Below are positions 6,338-10,996 of a stretch of DNA of 10,996 nt, in pieces; the stretch's first letter is position 1; each line of letters begins with the position of its first letter. The stretch lies in assembly GCA_045106895.1 (NCBI GenBank), contig JBGCFM010000126.1, positions 1 to 10,996 on the forward strand, in the 5' to 3' direction. Under the pieces are notes generated by a model. That model was not told the DNA's origin, searched no databases, and saw only the letters and a program-made list of their open reading frames with translations. This stretch comes from Polyangiales bacterium. GTDB taxonomy: Bacteria; Myxococcota_A; Polyangia; Polyangiales; Houyiibacteriaceae. A program made the position numbers and the translations under genes.

Positions 6338-8087
6338 AGCGCGACCGCGCTCAGCGCTATTCTAACTTCGCGCGCGTGCTCTTCCTGGCTTTGGCGCTCT
6401 GCGGCGCATGCGAAGAGCCCGTGCAGCCCGACGTGGAAGCCGCCGCTGCGGTGGAAGCCGCTGCGGCAGCATCTCACGCCGCCGAGCCACGCGCCGACGG
6501 CGCGTGCGAACACCACTTGCCAGCGGGGCTCTGTCCAAAGTGCGAGCCGTCTTTGGCGGCGGTCTACCAAGCCCAAGGAGATTGGTGTGACGAGCACGGT
6601 TTTCCGGAGTCGTTCTGTCCCGTGTGCAATCCGGGCGCCGTGATCCCGGCAGTGGACGCGCCCGCGCCTTCGGGTGGAACCACGCCAAGTGACTGGTGCG
6701 GAGGCCACGCCCTGCCCGAGTCCCAGTGCACCAAGTGCAACCCTTCGCTCATTCCGCGCTTCCGCGCCGCCGGCGACTACTGCGAAGAACACGGCTTCCC
6801 GGAATCCGTGTGTCCTGTGTGTAATCCTCAAACGCCGCCGGCTGGACCCGTCTCCGATTGGTGCGTCGAACATGGTCTTCCGGAGTCCAGCTGCACCTTG
6901 TGCAACCCCTCGCTCACTCCGCGCTTTGTGGCCGCCGGAGACTACTGCGAGGAGCACGGTTTCCCCGAGTCTTTGTGTCCCGTCTGCAATCCCCAAGCGG
7001 CGCCTCCTGGCGCGGAGCGAGCGTCCATCGAAGCGCGCGTCGTTCGCTTTCGCACGCCGGACATTGAATCGTCCGCCGGCATCGACACCGTCGTGGCCGT
7101 CGCCGCCGAAGCGTCGGCTTCCATCGAATGTACCGGACGCATCGCCTTTCACGGTGACCGCATTGCGGAAGTTCGGGCCATCGTCCCCGGCATCGTTCGG
7201 GGTGTTCGCGTCGCTCTTGGCGAGGAGGTCGAAGCCGGCGCTCGACTCTTCGACTTGGAAAGCACGCAGGTCGGCCAGACCCAAGGGATCCTCGTTGCTG
7301 CGCGAGAGCGCGTTCGAGCGGCGGAGCTACATCTCGCACGGCAACGTGAGCTACAAGGGAGAGATATCGCCTCGGCGAGACAGGTAGAGATCGCCGAACA
7401 AGAACTGAGCGTAGCTCAAGCCGAAGCGCGAACAGCCACGGCGACATTGCGGATGGCTGGCGCTGCGCGTTCGGGTTCGTCCGGTCGCTACTCTCTGACT
7501 GCGCCCATTGCCGGGACCGTCGTGCGACGGCCGGCGGTCATCGGGCGTTTGGCAACGGAGAGCGAATCCCTCGCGACCATCGCCGACACAAGCGTCATGT
7601 GGGTGATGTGTGACATCCCTGAAGCCGCCGCATCGCGCATCGCGCTCGGCCAGCGCGTCGTCGTGAACGTGGATGGTCAAGGAAGCGAGACCGTGGGCGA
7701 GATCACCTGGGTATCGACGGAAGTCGACCCTCGTTCACGAACCGTCACGACACGCGCCGAGTTGCCCAACCCCGATGGAACGTTGCGCGCAAACCAGTTC
7801 GCCCAAGCGCGGGTGCAAACCGGCGCGCCGAGGAACGCTGTGGCCGTTCCTCGTAGCGCCGTTCAGCGGGTAGATCACCTGGAGGTCGTCTTCGTCCGCG
7901 TCTCGCCCGGCGTCTTTGAGCCACGCGTCGTCGAGCGTCACGGTGGCGGCGAATCCGTACAGGTGGTGGGACGCGTTCGCGCCGGCGATTCCGTGGTCAC
8001 GACCGGCGCGGTGTTGCTTCGAACGGAGATCATGCCTGGCAGCATCGGGGCTGGCTGCTGCGAAGTAGAGACCGGAAGCGCGGACTG

Positions 8088-8088
<1 letters not shown>
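6334..8088 (+). CDS. czcB: RND periplasmic adaptor (membrane fusion protein), CzcB-like, with N-terminal Cys/His repeat array (584 aa)
   Basis: ATG 6334 overlaps the upstream stop (the ORF-track start at 6238 is unlikely). N-terminal anchor/possible lipobox LALALCGA-C. MFP motifs GRIAF..EVRAIVPGIVRGVRVALGEEVEAGARL, LTAPIAGTV, IADTSVMWV, VDPRSRTVTTRAELPNPDGTLRANQF, VAVPRSAVQ, GDSVVTTGAVLL. Confidence 0.9.
6499..6993 (+). repeat. Intragenic repeat array: three paired Cys/His modules (six motifs)
   Basis: Module A 6499-6633, module B 6691-6828, module C 6856-6993 (B and C are 165 nt apart). Consensus D[WY]C-x2-H-x-[FL]PES-x-C-x2-CNP; the first motif is one residue shorter (CEHHLPAGLCPKCEP). Confidence 0.92.

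Positions 8089-10996
<2,908 letters not shown>

Noticed and set aside
6152..6993. Repeats considered as a CRISPR array or mobile-element repeats
   Set aside because: They are in-frame coding repeats that vary at synonymous positions, with no identical repeats or unique spacers and no cas or transposase genes.
6145..7284. 379-aa minus-strand ORF with repeats
   Set aside because: Its repeats simply mirror the CHCC repeats on the plus strand.

Overview
GC-rich window, probably from a myxobacterium (inferred from the DAG/DGG linker repeats and lipoprotein style), holding two divergent metal/cofactor operons. Minus strand: a putative sigma70-type promoter, a cobalamin riboswitch (~3836-4026) with a readable terminator/antiterminator platform, a BtuB-like TonB-dependent receptor (1786-3729) and a translationally coupled predicted beta-propeller lipoprotein (395-1786), closed by a terminator (336-367) shared with a convergent partial membrane-protein gene. 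Plus strand: a Cys/His-rich leader ORF ending IYRPPR (4168-4620), a structured ~100-nt spacer, then a coupled CzcCBA-type heavy-metal RND efflux operon (czcC-like 4719-5939, a small lipoprotein 5936-6337, czcB-like 6334-8088, czcA-like 8088->10996, the last missing from the ORF track). Two things stand out. (1) A repeated paired D[WY]C-x2-H-x6-C-x2-CNP module occurs six times at the N-terminus of the adaptor and twice in the stand-alone lipoprotein. (2) The leader ORF and spacer look like a metal-sensing arrest-peptide attenuator, with mutually exclusive hairpins linking the RPP codons to the czcC Shine-Dalgarno sequence. All functional statements are inferred from sequence reading; no searches or folding were run.
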